This document shows, one piece after another, positions 18,730 through 29,279 of a DNA stretch of 64,000 bases. Source of the stretch: Acidobacteriota bacterium (lineage in GTDB: Bacteria; Acidobacteriota; UBA890; WLXD01); the NCBI GenBank assembly GCA_963666215.2, contig CAXWPL010000005.1:832001-896000 (forward strand), in the 5' to 3' direction. The notes beneath the pieces were generated by a model, which was not told where the DNA came from, did not search any database, and saw only the letters and a program-made list of their open reading frames with translations. Position 1 is the first letter of the stretch. Every line of letters starts with the position of its first letter. Made by a program: the position numbers and the translations under genes.

Positions 18730-19731
18730 TCATTCCTCTTCGTCGGAATACCGACGCTCGCTTCCGCCAGCGTTCGTGACCGGGCGGCGAGCGCGGCGGT
18801 CGACGTTGAGCGTAAAAACATCGGGGCGCGCATAGTGGCCCACGGCATCGAAGTCGAAGGTCGCGCGAGCGATCTCGTCGAGGTCCAGATCGGCCGTGAG
18901 CACACCCTCGGCGCCGAACAGCGGGCCGGCAAGCAGATTTCCGAGCGGCGAGACGATCGCGCTGCCGCCGCTGCAAATCTCCTCGGGCTGGGCCGCGCGC
19001 TCCTCGCGGCAGCCTTCAGGCAGGTCGTCCGGATAGTCGCCGCGCGTCACGTACTGATTGCACCCGAGCACAAAGCACCTGCCCTCGACGGCGATGTGCT
19101 GCAGCGTCGCTTGCCAGGCCCCACGGCAGTCGGCTGTGGGAGCCAGATAAATGCGCACGCCGTCGGCATAGGTCGCGGCGCGCGCCAGCGGCATGTAGTT
19201 CTCCCAACAAATCAACCCCCCTACACGTCCCCACTCGGTGTCGATCGAGGTCAGCGTGCTGCCATCCCCCTCTCCCCAGATCAGCCGTTCCGAGCCAGTT
19301 GGCTTGAGCTTGCGGTGCAGCCCGAGCAAGCGGCCCTCAGGACCGAAGTAGAGCAACGTGCAATACAGTGTGCCGCCACCAAAGCTGCCGTCGCGTTCGA
19401 TGACCCCAACCGCGAGATAAATCGAATGACTGGCCGCGATCTCCCCCAGGCGCTCGGTCGAGGGCCCCGGCACGACAACGGACTGATCCCAGTAGCGCCG
19501 AAAGAGCTCGCGTCCGGAGTCGGTGCGACTGCCCACAACCGCCCCGAAGCCGAGTCCTCGTGGATACGCTGGCACATAGGCCTCGGGAAACAGCACCAGC
19601 CGCGCGCCCGCGGCGGCGGCCTTGGCCGCCCAACCGTCGACGCGCTCGACCGTGGCGTCGCGATCGAAGAGAACCGGCGCGGCCTGCACAACGGCAACAC
19701 GAACGCTGTTCGGGCGAGACGATTCGCTCAT
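18730..19731 (-). CDS. Nitrilase (carbon-nitrogen hydrolase)
   Basis: FPEAY, HRKLKPT and ICWENYMP supply the E-K-C triad. Confidence 0.93.
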   Translation of the reverse strand: MSESSRPNSVRVAVVQAAPVLFDRDATVERVDGWAAKAAAAGARLVLFPEAYVPAYPRGLGFGAVVGSRTDSGRELFRRYWDQSVVVPGPSTERLGEIAASHSIYLAVGVIERDGSFGGGTLYCTLLYFGPEGRLLGLHRKLKPTGSERLIWGEGDGSTLTSIDTEWGRVGGLICWENYMPLARAATYADGVRIYLAPTADCRGAWQATLQHIAVEGRCFVLGCNQYVTRGDYPDDLPEGCREERAAQPEEICSGGSAIVSPLGNLLAGPLFGAEGVLTADLDLDEIARATFDFDAVGHYARPDVFTLNVDRRARRPVTNAGGSERRYSDEEE

Positions 19732-20678
19732 TCGGCAAAGAACTCGGTCAAGAGAGCCGCGAGCTGCTCGGGTTGCTCGAGTGCCGGGTAGTGGCCGGAG
19801 TCGTCAACAAAGCGAAGCCCGCCCGCCGAGAAGCCCGGCACCCCTTCTGCCATCTCGAGGAATCCTTCCGACGGCAGAACGTAGTCGCTGTCGCCGGTAA
19901 CAACCATCACCGGAAAGGTCATCGCCGCCCAGTCGGGCATCACGCTAGCTCCAAGGGTGCCGTCGAGATCGATCTCGAAATCCCGGAAATAGCGGCCCAG
20001 AGCACGGCTTACACCGCTGCGTCCGAGCTCGTCGGCGTGCCGCTCCAACGTGCCGGCAGGCAGCGCCATGGCACCGCCAGCGACCGAGCCCTCGTAGATA
20101 CGCTCTAAGAATAGCTCGGCGCTGCGGATGAAGCGCCAGGCTCCGTCGGGCGCCAGCACGAACGAGTTGTAGTCGGGCGTTCGCCTGATGTCGTACACGC
20201 GGTAGGGTGAGGATACGTGCGCGTAGCGCTCGATGCGTTGCGGCGAGTCACCCGCCAACCGCGCCGCAACGAATCCACCCCAGTCGTGACCGACGAGGGC
20301 AAACCGGTCAACGCCGATGGCCGTGAGGAAACGGCCGAGCTCGGCTGCTACGGCCGCAATGGAGTAGTCGCCGTCCGACTTGTCAGACTGGCCGAAGCCC
20401 TTGAGGTCGGGGACGATCAGCCGGAATCCTCTGGCCATGTATGGCATGACGAAGCGCCAACCGTGCCAGCCTTCCGGCATCCCGTGCAGCAACACCACTG
20501 TGGGTCCTGCGCCGGCCTCGACGTAGTGCCAGGTCAGCCCATCGACCTCCACCTCCATGAAGCGGTGCACCGCGCCCGTCACCTCGGCATCCTCGTAGGG
20601 CTCCGGCAATCCGCCGCAGCCGGAAACGAAGCTGGCCAATAGAACGAGCGCGACGGGCGCCGCTGCCAAGACTCGCAC
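19728..20678 (-). CDS. Alpha/beta hydrolase (epoxide hydrolase-like), probable lipoprotein
   Basis: VSGC lipobox; LLHGMPE, PDLKGFG, GHDWGG, SGHYPALEQP. GTG start placed just after the gdh stop. Confidence 0.85.
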   Translation of the reverse strand: MRVLAAAPVALVLLASFVSGCGGLPEPYEDAEVTGAVHRFMEVEVDGLTWHYVEAGAGPTVVLLHGMPEGWHGWRFVMPYMARGFRLIVPDLKGFGQSDKSDGDYSIAAVAAELGRFLTAIGVDRFALVGHDWGGFVAARLAGDSPQRIERYAHVSSPYRVYDIRRTPDYNSFVLAPDGAWRFIRSAELFLERIYEGSVAGGAMALPAGTLERHADELGRSGVSRALGRYFRDFEIDLDGTLGASVMPDWAAMTFPVMVVTGDSDYVLPSEGFLEMAEGVPGFSAGGLRFVDDSGHYPALEQPEQLAALLTEFFAE

Positions 20679-20679
20679 G

Positions 20680-22093
20680 CTAGGAGAATATCCCCCGTTC
20701 CTGGTACGTGAGTGCGATCTTGTCGATGGCACAAACGAACGCTGCGGTGCGAAGGTCGATGCTGCCCGCACGGGCCTGAATTTCGCGAATCTCGGAGTAG
20801 GCCTCGATGATCGTGTCTTCGAGGCCTGAATTCACCAGATCCTCCTCGCGGGCCCCCTGGGCTACCGCCTCGATCACTCTCGGAGGGAAGCGACGCTCGG
20901 TGATCTGCTCGACCGTCTCGAGCAGACCCGTGCGCATGCGCATGTCGAAGCGCCGGCCGAGCCGCCCGAAGCGCAGGTGGGTCAGGTTCTTTACCCACTC
21001 GAAGTACGAAACCGTAACGCCACCAGGGTTGAGGAGCAGATCGGGGATGATCATCACGCCCTGGTTCAGCAGCATCTCGCTCGCATGCGCCGTAACCGGG
21101 CCGTTGGCGGCTTCGCCGATGATCTTGGCGCGCACTCGCGGGGCGTTCTCGGAGGTGATCTGGTTCTCGAGCGCCGCCGGCACAAGGATGTCGCAATCCA
21201 GCTCGAGCGCCGCCTCGCGCGCCGGAAGGTTCGTCGCGCCCGCGAAGTCGAGCAACGAGCCGGAGTCGGCACGATGCGCCATGACCTCGTCGATGTCGAG
21301 GCCGTTGTCGTTGTGAATCGCCCCCTCGAACTCTGCCAGGCCGACGATCCGTGCGCCGCCTTCTTGCAAGAACTTGGCGGAGTGGTAGCCGACGTTGCCG
21401 AGCCCCTGGAGCACCACTCGTTTGCCCTCGAGCCCCGGCGTCAGCCCGAGCGCCTTCATGTCGTCTGCGCAGGAGCACGCCTCGCGGATGCCGAAGAACA
21501 CACCTCGACCCGTGGCTTCGACGCGTCCGCGGATCCCGCCCTGTGCGAGTGGCTTGCCGGTCACACACCCCGCAGCATCGAGCTGCGATGGCGCAACCGC
21601 CGTGAACGTGTCGACGATCCACGCCATCTCTTGAGGGCCGGTGCCGTAGTCGGGCGCCGGCACGTCAATCCCGGGGCCGATGAAGTTCTTCTGGAACAGC
21701 TCGAAGGTGTAGCAGCCGTGTGATGCGCTCACGCTCGCTGTCGCTGTAGCAGTGCGGATCGATCTTGACCGCACCCTTGGAACCACCGAACGGCACGTTG
21801 ACGATGGCGCATTTGTAGGTCATGAGCGCCGCCAGCGCCATGACCTCATCCTCAGACGCGTGCGTGGTGAATCGAATCCCGCCCTTGGAAGGCAACTTGT
21901 GATTGCTGTGAACCGCGCGCCAGGCGTGGATGCTCTCGATGCCGCCGTCATCGCGCTTCAGCGGAAACGTCGCGTGATAAACACTGTTGCAGATCTTGAT
22001 CTGGCGCAGGAGCCCTTTCTCGTGCGCTGTTTGCACCGCCGCCTTGTCGAAGTACTGGTTGACCTGACGGAAGAACTTGATCGGCCTAGCCAT
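20680..22093 (-). CDS. gdhA: Glutamate dehydrogenase (Glu/Leu/Phe/Val family), split by a 1-nt insertion at ~21714
   Basis: KGGIRF, MTYKCA and PFGGSKG in the first frame; DVPAPD, QGLGNVG, EAANGP and [10 protein letters not shown] in the second. Removing base 21714 restores ERITRRYTFEL. Confidence 0.88.
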
Positions 22094-22398
22094 CGAGCTA
22101 CCCTCGTTCTACGCGGACAGTGGCGCCGCGTGCCAAGCCACGCTATCCCTACCGAAGACCTGAGCGGGTATCTGCGAAGAGCGCATTCGGCGTGACGACC
22201 ACCAGCGCCGCGATGCGAGCCGACACGGTAAGAGCCGCCTGTCCTTCGGGTCAACACGACAAAGACGATCGACACGACCCCGATCCGCGGCAACCGGCCT
22301 GGCGTGCCCCGGTGAGGCGGGTCTCGAGTGGTGTGGAATCGGCCACCGCCCCGACCGTCCGCGCCTTCGTCGGCCCACTTCAAGCCAGGGCATCTAAC

Positions 22399-23710
22399 AT
22401 GGAAACCGCGAGTAGCCTCCTGCCGGCAGTTCTTACCGGGCTGGTCTTCCTCAGCCTGGTAGCGATCGCTCTGCTGGCGGTGCAGCGCCGCTTTCCGCTG
22501 GTTGGCCAGCTCGCGTTCCCGGTCTTCGTAGCCGCCTTCGCCTTCGGACTCTGGGTGGCGCTGCTCTTCAACCTGGGCGACATCAGCGCCCACGAGGGCG
22601 GGCGTCTGCTGCTCGCGGCGGTGGTGTTCCTCGTCATCGTTGTCGTCCTGCGCGTTCTCGGCTGGTACATCTTCGACGTCCATCTCGGACGCCATAAGGG
22701 GATGGAACTGCCGTCGCTTCTACCGAAGGTGATGATTGGTGTCGCCTACATCACTGCTGGGCTGATCATCCTCAAGTACATCGGCCAATAGGACATGAGC
22801 TGGCTGGCAGCCACCGGCGCCGTCAGCTCATGTCCTGGGTCTGGCATTGCAGCCGATCCTCACGAACTTCTTCGCCGGCGTCGTCCTGGCGATCGAGCGG
22901 CCCTTCAGGATCAACGACTGGATCCAGGTGAACGACTACGAGGGCATGGTCACCAAGATGACCTGGAGGACGACCTACATCCGCACGCGAGACAACGACA
23001 ACATCATCTTCCCCAACGCCAATATCGCGCAGGAAACCATCATCAACTTCCTGTACCCGCACCCGTTGCATCTGGTGCGCGTGTATGTGGGAGCCCACTA
23101 CCGCACCCCGCCCTATCGCATCCAGCGCGCCCTCCTCGACGCCGCAGGACGAGTGGAGGGAGTGCTCGACAACCCGATTGCGGCCGTCTACGTCACCGAT
23201 TTCGCCGAGAGCTCCATTCAGTACGAGCTCAGGATCTGGATCGACGACATGGCGCGGCTTCCAAAGATCGCCAGCGAAGCACGACAAGAGGTGTGGGAGG
23301 AGTTCCGGCGAGCGGGCATCGTGATCCCCTTCCCGATCCGCACGCTCGAAATGGCCGCGGGCCAACGAATCGACGTCGGCGAGCCCCAGGCGTTGAAGAC
23401 CACGCCGGGCCCATACGCGGCGCGTTTGTTCGTCGCGCTGGGCAAGCGCTCTGGCGCCGCCGTCGAGCTCGGCAAGGATCCGATCACCATCGGTCGCTCG
23501 CACAACTGCGTGCTGATGGTTGCGGAGCCCATGGCGAGCAAGCAGCATTGCACCGTCGAGTGGGATAATGGCGCGTACGTGATGCGCGATGTTGACAGTA
23601 CACATGGAACGAAGGTTAACGGCCGTCGAGTACAGGCGCGTGTGTTGAAAGACCTGGACCGCATTCAGATCGCCGACACCGAGATCGTGTTCGAGTCTCA
23701 TGGCCACTGA
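22399..23710 (+). CDS. MscS-family mechanosensitive channel with C-terminal FHA domain; in-frame TAG at 22789 and frameshift at ~22831
   Basis: TM N-terminus; VLGLALQPILTNFFAG, RPFRINDWI, FPNA and IPFPIR motifs; FHA motifs IGRS, SKQH, DVDSTHGTKVNG. Confidence 0.8.
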
Positions 23711-24620
23711 TCTTCCCAAGACGATCGGGCGGTACGAGATCAAGGCGCGGATCGACCGTGGGGGCGCCGCAGAGGTGTTCCAGGCGATCGACCCGAACAC
23801 CAACAAGGCCGTGGCGCTGAAGATCTACCCTGCTGGCCGAACCGGTGCTTGGGTAGAGCGCCGTACGGCGGCGCTCGAGAAGGCCCGCACCGCCGATCGC
23901 CCCGACTTCGTTCAGATCGAAGAGATCGGCGAGATCGAGGGATCGGTCTACGTAGCCATGGAGTACATCTCGGGCGGCTCGCTGGCCAAGCTGTTGAAGC
24001 GTGGACGACCAGCGCTGAACAAAACGCTCGGGTTCGCCCGCAAGCTCGCCGAGACCATGGCTCGGGTCCACGCCGACGACGTGATCCACGGCAGTCTCAG
24101 CCCGCACCGAATTCTGGTATCGGCCGACCTGCGCAGCCTCAAGATCATCGACGCCGCGATCGCTACCGAAGAGGGCCGCGCCAGCGTCGAGGTCACGGCC
24201 GCCACGATGATGGCCACCGACAAGATCAACTACATGGCTTTCGAGCAGGTGCGCGACCCGGAGAGCATCGATCATCGAGTCGACATCTACTCGTTCGGCG
24301 TCGTTTTCTACGAGATGCTCACTGGCGGCCTCCCGCTCGGCCGAGCCACGCTGCCGAGCACTCTGCACAGCGACGTCCCTGCGGCAGTCGACGAGATGGT
24401 CCTCAAGTGCCTCACCAAGGACCGTGACGGTCGCTACGCCTCGATGAACGAAGTCGTCGCCGCCCTCGACAAGCTCAAGCAGGCGATGCCGGCGCGCATC
24501 GAGGACGAAATCAAAGAATTTACCCTCAGCGCGACTGCGGCTGGCATTCCGTGGAAGCTCGTCGCCGTCGGCGGCGGGCTCGTTCTACTGGCTGCGGTGC
24601 TGGCGCTGTTGTTCCTGTAA
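23700..24620 (+). CDS. Hanks-type Ser/Thr kinase-like protein (probable pseudokinase) with C-terminal TM
   Basis: VALK, MEYISGGSL, YMAFEQ and DIYSFGVVFYEMLTG present, but the catalytic loop reads HGSLSPHRIL and DFG is DAA. Confidence 0.85.
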   Translation: MATDLPKTIGRYEIKARIDRGGAAEVFQAIDPNTNKAVALKIYPAGRTGAWVERRTAALEKARTADRPDFVQIEEIGEIEGSVYVAMEYISGGSLAKLLKRGRPALNKTLGFARKLAETMARVHADDVIHGSLSPHRILVSADLRSLKIIDAAIATEEGRASVEVTAATMMATDKINYMAFEQVRDPESIDHRVDIYSFGVVFYEMLTGGLPLGRATLPSTLHSDVPAAVDEMVLKCLTKDRDGRYASMNEVVAALDKLKQAMPARIEDEIKEFTLSATAAGIPWKLVAVGGGLVLLAAVLALLFL

Positions 24621-24639
24621 CCGGCGATCGACGACTGCC

Positions 24640-25002
24640 ATGAAGCCGTCCCCGCAGGCCAACAGCCGTGGTCCCCGTGGTCCCCGTGGTCCGGTGGAGA
24701 CGGCAATCGAGGCCAAGCTCCGGGAAACCTTCGAGCCGCTGGCCCTGGTCGTGACGAACGAGAGCCACATGCATGCAGTCGGCCCCGGTGCCGAGACCCA
24801 CTTCCGCGTTTATGTGGTCTCGCGCGCCTTCGAGGGCCAGCGCGCCGTCCAGCGCCACCAAGCAATCTACGCCGCGCTCGCTCAGGAGCGCGCCGACGGT
24901 GTGCACGCACTGGGCATGCAAACGCTCACGCCCGATGAGTACCAGGCTTCCGGACAGGAGATCGCCGAGTCGCCACCGTGCCTCGGCGGCGACAACGCCT
25001 AG
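24640..25002 (+). CDS. bolA: BolA-family protein
   Basis: NESHMH, ETHFRV, FEG, RHQAIY, GVHAL, SPPCLGG. Confidence 0.9.
   Translation: MKPSPQANSRGPRGPRGPVETAIEAKLRETFEPLALVVTNESHMHAVGPGAETHFRVYVVSRAFEGQRAVQRHQAIYAALAQERADGVHALGMQTLTPDEYQASGQEIAESPPCLGGDNA
24666..24692 (+). repeat. 9-bp tandem repeat (CCGTGGTCC)x3 at the 5' end of bolA
   Basis: Read directly from the sequence; encodes RGPRGPRGP. Confidence 0.7.
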
Positions 25003-25244
25003 AGTCCGTAGCAACCGACTGCCTGACGGCCCCTTTGCTCAACAGGTCCGGTAGATCCGGTAGCTCGCCAGCTCCGGCAGATCCAGCCTCTGGGTCCAGC
25101 AAGGCCGCTAGCTCCGGGCGGCAACAGCAAGGGCCGGTCCGCGTAGCGCGCCAACCGGCCCCTGGATTTGCTACCTCGCCCGCGGTCGACCACGGTCGCC
25201 GTTCTCGGGCTCGGAGCCCGAGGGGGTGAGGATGTGCTGCCTGA

Positions 25245-25655
25245 CTAGTGGCTGACCAGCGGCTTCAGCTGTCCAGCCTGCTTGATCCAATCCTCGACCA
25301 TCGCCTGCGACGGGCACCGCCGTGCGATGCGCTTCCTGCGATAGATCACCGCCATCTTCGCGGTGACGTTCTTGGCGTTGCGTCGGCGCAACTCCTTGAC
25401 GGTGTCGACCCCGGCAGCCTCGAGCAGCTCTGAGAACTGGCCGCCGATACCGCGGATGCGCATGAGGTCCGCATGGTTGGTCCACTTGAGAAGACGCTTG
25501 GCGTCGATGCCGGTCTCCTTGGCGATCGCCGCGCGACCCTTACGCTCGCAACAGTTCTTCAGCAGCGCGCCAGTGGAACGAACGCCCGCCTTGACCAGCT
25601 TGCGCGCGTTCATTTTGCCGATGCCTTCGATCTCGACGATGTTGTAGCTCATCAT
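25245..25655 (-). CDS. DUF4332-domain (helix-hairpin-helix) protein
   Basis: IEGIG, ADLMRIRGIGGQFSELLEAAGVDTVKEL. Confidence 0.85.
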   Translation of the reverse strand: MMSYNIVEIEGIGKMNARKLVKAGVRSTGALLKNCCERKGRAAIAKETGIDAKRLLKWTNHADLMRIRGIGGQFSELLEAAGVDTVKELRRRNAKNVTAKMAVIYRRKRIARRCPSQAMVEDWIKQAGQLKPLVSH

Positions 25656-25736
25656 GTTGCACTCGCCCTTCCGTTGCGCGCCGAAGCCCGCGCCTTGGGT
25701 ACGGTACTTGCGCGGCTCTGGCGGCGGCCCCCGAAG

Positions 25737-26211
25737 CTAGTCCTCGTCCTGAGGAGGAATCCGCAGAACCTGGCCCGGGTAGATCTTGTCGGGATCTTCG
25801 AGCATCGGTCGATTGGCCTCGAAGATCACGGGGTACTTGCTCGAGCGACCGTAGAGCTGCTTGGCGATCCGACCAAGGGTATCGCCGCTGACCACTGTAT
25901 AGAACTGCGCTTCCGGCTCCGCGGCCACCACCTCGATGCGGTCATCGACCCTGGAAATGCCCTCCACGTTGCCGATCAGCAGCACGACCTTCTCTCGAGT
26001 CGCCTGATCGGCAGTCTGACCGCTGATCGTCGCCGTCTCACCGGTCACCGAGACCGCCATGGCGTCGACCTCGAAGCCCATGCTCGAGATCAAGTCGCTG
26101 AGCGACCGTGCTCGCCTCTGCTGCCGCCTCGGCGGCTGCCTTACGCGCTTCCTCTTCTGGATCGCCGAAGATCTTCTTGCCGGCGCCTCGGACAAAATCG
26201 AACAGCCCCAA
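25737..26211 (-). CDS. kbp: BON-LysM potassium-binding protein (Kbp/YgaU-like); frameshift at ~26115
   Basis: From TTG 26211: MGLFDFVRGAGKKIFG. Second frame carries the BON end (IGNVEGISRVDD) and LysM (YTVVSGDTLGRIA...IFEANRPML..PDKIYPGQVLRIP). Confidence 0.8.
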
Positions 26212-26274
26212 GGGGTGCCTCCTATCGTTCCTGAAGATGGTGCCGCGGCGACGCGATCAGCGTCGCCAAAGCGA

Positions 26275-26862
26275 CTAACGACCGCTCAGCAGCTTGCCGA
26301 GCAGGCTTGTCCCCATGCGGGCCAAGTCGTCCGTGACGCTGCCGTCACCATCCGCATCGAGCAAGTTTCCCACAAGGCCGGGGGTGCTGCTCTCAAAGCG
26401 TTCGTGTTCCTGGTTGAGCATGCTGGCGAGCCCGCCCGCGTCCAGACCTTGCTTGCGCTGCTGCTGACCGAGAGCCCCCATGACCAACGGTGCGAGCATC
26501 GGCAGCAGCTTCGTGATAGTCTCGACATCGAGCCCGCTCGCGCCGCTCGAACCGGCCTGCACCGTATCCCTGCGACTCCCCAGAATGTGACCGAGAATCC
26601 CTTCGCCCGGACCCTGTTCCGCCTGATTCAGGAAGCCGCCAATGTCGCCGAGAACGCTGCCGTCGTGATCGTTGGTGAGAGCCCGCGACAGCGACTCGGC
26701 GCCGTTTGACGAGGCGGCGTTGCGTGCCAGCGCGCCGACAAGCGCCGGCAGCGCGCCTGCGATCGCCTTGCTGGTGGCTCCTTGGTCAGCGCCGAGCTGG
26801 CGCGCCATCTGTTGTGCGGCAGCGCCGCCGATCTGCTGAGTGAGCATATCCAAGAGTGACAC
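26275..26862 (-). CDS. DUF937-family protein
   Basis: HDGSVL, GEGILGHILG, LLPMLAPLVMGALG, LLDADGDGSVTDDL. Confidence 0.8.
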   Translation of the reverse strand: MSLLDMLTQQIGGAAAQQMARQLGADQGATSKAIAGALPALVGALARNAASSNGAESLSRALTNDHDGSVLGDIGGFLNQAEQGPGEGILGHILGSRRDTVQAGSSGASGLDVETITKLLPMLAPLVMGALGQQQRKQGLDAGGLASMLNQEHERFESSTPGLVGNLLDADGDGSVTDDLARMGTSLLGKLLSGR

Positions 26863-26961
26863 GGTGAGCTCCTTCGAGTAGCGGGATTCGCGATGGTGGG
26901 CCCCTGCCCGCGTACGGGAATCTCGGAGCGTACGAGATGGGAAGTGGTACGAGCTTGTGGC

Positions 26962-27392
26962 CTAACGCCCGGCCTTCAACAGGTCGCGAATCTCCTCGAG
27001 CAACACTTCCTCCTTGGGGGCTCGGGAGGCGCCGCCGGTGCGGCCTCTTCCTGTTCCTTGAAGCTGTTGAACCTCCGAATGACCATGAAGAGCACCAACG
27101 CGACGATCAAGAAGGTGATGATGCTGTTGACGAAATTACCCCAGTTCAGCGTGACGGCTCCGGCCTCGCTGGCGGCGGCGAGGGTGGGGTACGGGCCGGC
27201 TGGCGAGCCCTCGCTCAACACCATGTGCATCTCGGAGAAGTCGACGCCCCCCATGGCCAGACCGAGGGGTGGCATCAGAACATCACCTACGAGCGACGCA
27301 ATGATGGTGCCGAACGCGGCACCAATGACGATGCCGACCGCCACGTCGAGCATGTTGCCCTTGGCGGCGAAGTTCTTGAACTCTCGGAGCAT
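26962..27392 (-). CDS. mscL: Large-conductance mechanosensitive channel; 1-nt deletion in a homopolymer at 27016-27020
   Basis: EFKNFAAKGNMLDVAVGIVIGAAF. The conserved EEVLLEEIRDLLK tail is in the shifted frame and ends at TAG 26962-26964. Confidence 0.92.
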
Positions 27393-27492
27393 GGGGAGGT
27401 GCCCTTTCTGCCGGATCCCGACGAGAGCAACCCTCCGGCCATCTCGGCGACATCGTGGACGCTGCGGCTGCGCCTTGTGTCGTTCTTTAACA

Positions 27493-27519
27493 CAGATTGC
27501 GAACAAACAAAAAAGTCAC
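27493..27519 (-). promoter_or_regulatory. Candidate ECF sigma promoter for the mscL operon
   Basis: Minus strand GTGACTT-N15-ATCTG. Confidence 0.45.
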
Positions 27520-27560
27520 ATCGGCCGATGCCTGGGGCCGGTTGCGGTGCCGGCGAATGT

Positions 27561-27588
27561 GTGACTTCCTGCCAGAGTTGGTTGTCTG
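27561..27588 (+). promoter_or_regulatory. Candidate ECF sigma autoregulatory promoter
   Basis: GTGACTT-N16-GTCTG, 13 bp upstream of the ECF ATG. Confidence 0.55.
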
Positions 27589-27601
27589 CTGAGAGAACGA
27601 G

Positions 27602-28201
27602 ATGCACGCCATCATCGAGCCCACCGACGACGAGCTGGTTGCGCGGGTCAAGTCATCAAGTCGAGACGACCTGCGTGCCTTCGAAGCTCTCGTCCGCCGT
27701 CACCAGACCAACGTCATGACCAACTGCAGGTATCTGACCGGATCGGTGGACGACGCCGAAGACCTGGCGCAGGACGTTTTCACCAAGGCCTTCTTCGGTC
27801 TGAAGAAGTTCGAGGGACGATCGCCGTTCGGAACTTGGCTGAAGCGCATCAAGGTCAACCACTGCTTCAACTACCTGAAGCAACGCGCTCGCCGCGGCCA
27901 GCCGACCAGCTTCGATGATGAAGACGAGCGCTCCGGGGCCGCCGAACCGGCGGTCGAGCCGCAGGCGGAGGCCCGCGTCTTGCTTCTCGACACCCGAGAG
28001 CAGATCGGCCGTGTGCTCGACGAGATGCCCGAAGACCTGCGCGTCGCGTTGCTGCTGCGGGATTTCGATGGGCTGTCCTATCAGGAGGTGGCCGAGCAGC
28101 TCGGCATCGGCTTATCGGCGGTCAAGATGCGGATCAAGCACGGTCGCTCCGACTTCCGCGCACGCTTTGTAGCCGCCCGGAATGGCGAACAGACGGCGTG
28201 A
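27602..28201 (+). CDS. ECF RNA polymerase sigma factor
   Basis: DAEDLAQDVF, FGTWLKRIKVN (region 2); LRDFDGLSYQEVA...SAVKMRIKHGR (region 4). Confidence 0.93.
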   Translation: MHAIIEPTDDELVARVKSSSRDDLRAFEALVRRHQTNVMTNCRYLTGSVDDAEDLAQDVFTKAFFGLKKFEGRSPFGTWLKRIKVNHCFNYLKQRARRGQPTSFDDEDERSGAAEPAVEPQAEARVLLLDTREQIGRVLDEMPEDLRVALLLRDFDGLSYQEVAEQLGIGLSAVKMRIKHGRSDFRARFVAARNGEQTA

Positions 28202-28446
28202 GCGACGAGAGCCGCCACGTACGAGTCGACGAGATCGACACAGGAGAGCCTGTTGCCGAGCTGCTGCAGCTCCAGGTGCAGCCTTCGCCGCGCCTACTCG
28301 AAAAGTTGCGATCACGAATCGGCCGTCGTTTGCTCGCCGGCGACCTCGCCGGGCTGGCATGGCAGGGCCCGATCGCCCTCCTGCGCGAGTTCTTGGGCTT
28401 GATCTTCCAGGCCTGGTCCCCACCGGTTAGCAAGGAAAAGCCATGA
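28198..28446 (+). CDS. Small protein coupled to the ECF sigma (possible anti-sigma)
   Basis: GTGA overlap with the ECF stop and ATGA overlap with the next gene; amphipathic C-terminus. Confidence 0.6.
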   Translation: MSDESRHVRVDEIDTGEPVAELLQLQVQPSPRLLEKLRSRIGRRLLAGDLAGLAWQGPIALLREFLGLIFQAWSPPVSKEKP

Positions 28447-29279
28447 TCGACGACGCCCGCGAGCTTCTGCTCAATGTCCTACAGGGACTCATCGAGTCGG
28501 TGATCGGCGCGCTCCCCACGGTCGTGATGGGCACGCTGCTGATCATCGTCGCCCTGTGCGCCGCGAAGCTGGTTGAGGTCGGACTGCGCGCCATTCTGAG
28601 ACGCTTGCGCCTCGATTCGCTGGTCCAGCGCACCGGCATCGACGACGCCATCCGCGGACTCGGTCTGCACCGCTCGCTGAGTGAATTCCTGCCGCGTGTT
28701 GCCTACTTCCTGCTGCTTTTCCTCTTCGCCCGCACAGCCGCGGACTCGCTCGGCCTCGACGCGATCTCGCAAGCGCTCGGTTCGTTCCTCGCCTATCTGC
28801 CGAACCTGGTGGCCGCCGTCGTCATCCTGCTGTCGGGCAGCGTCGCAGCGCAGATCGCTGGCAAAGCCGTGGAGACCGCAGCGTCGAACTCGGGCATCGA
28901 CTTCGCCTCATCGCTGGGCACCATGGTCACAGTGCTGATCACGTTCGTGCTCGGCATCATGGCGATAGGGCAGCCGCAGATCGACGTGGAGATGATCCGG
29001 CTGGTGACGGCAGGCTTGCTGGCGACATTCGCGATCGCGTTCGGCCTGTCTTTCGGGCTCGGCAGCCGAGACATCACGCGCAACGTCCTCGCTGGCCTCT
29101 ACTCGCGGCGCGTTTTCGACGTTGGCGCGGAGCTGGACATCGGTGGTGAGCGTGGCGTGCTCGCCTCGATCACACCCACACAGACAGTGCTCGAGCGTGA
29201 TGGCCTCCGCATCGCGGTGGCCAACAGGGTGTTCCTCGAGCAGGTCATCAAGCAGCACGAGCCCTCTTCGGCCAAGTGA
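28443..29279 (+). CDS. MscS-related conserved TM-helix protein (CmpX-like)
   Basis: YLPNLVAAVVIL repeat; AFGLSFGLGSRD; short MscS beta-domain. Confidence 0.8.
   Translation: MIDDARELLLNVLQGLIESVIGALPTVVMGTLLIIVALCAAKLVEVGLRAILRRLRLDSLVQRTGIDDAIRGLGLHRSLSEFLPRVAYFLLLFLFARTAADSLGLDAISQALGSFLAYLPNLVAAVVILLSGSVAAQIAGKAVETAASNSGIDFASSLGTMVTVLITFVLGIMAIGQPQIDVEMIRLVTAGLLATFAIAFGLSFGLGSRDITRNVLAGLYSRRVFDVGAELDIGGERGVLASITPTQTVLERDGLRIAVANRVFLEQVIKQHEPSSAK

Noticed and set aside
25003-25244. Intergenic CCGG(T/C)AGATCC repeats as a possible ncRNA
   Set aside because: Short and GC-rich, with no recognisable RNA family or consistent fold.
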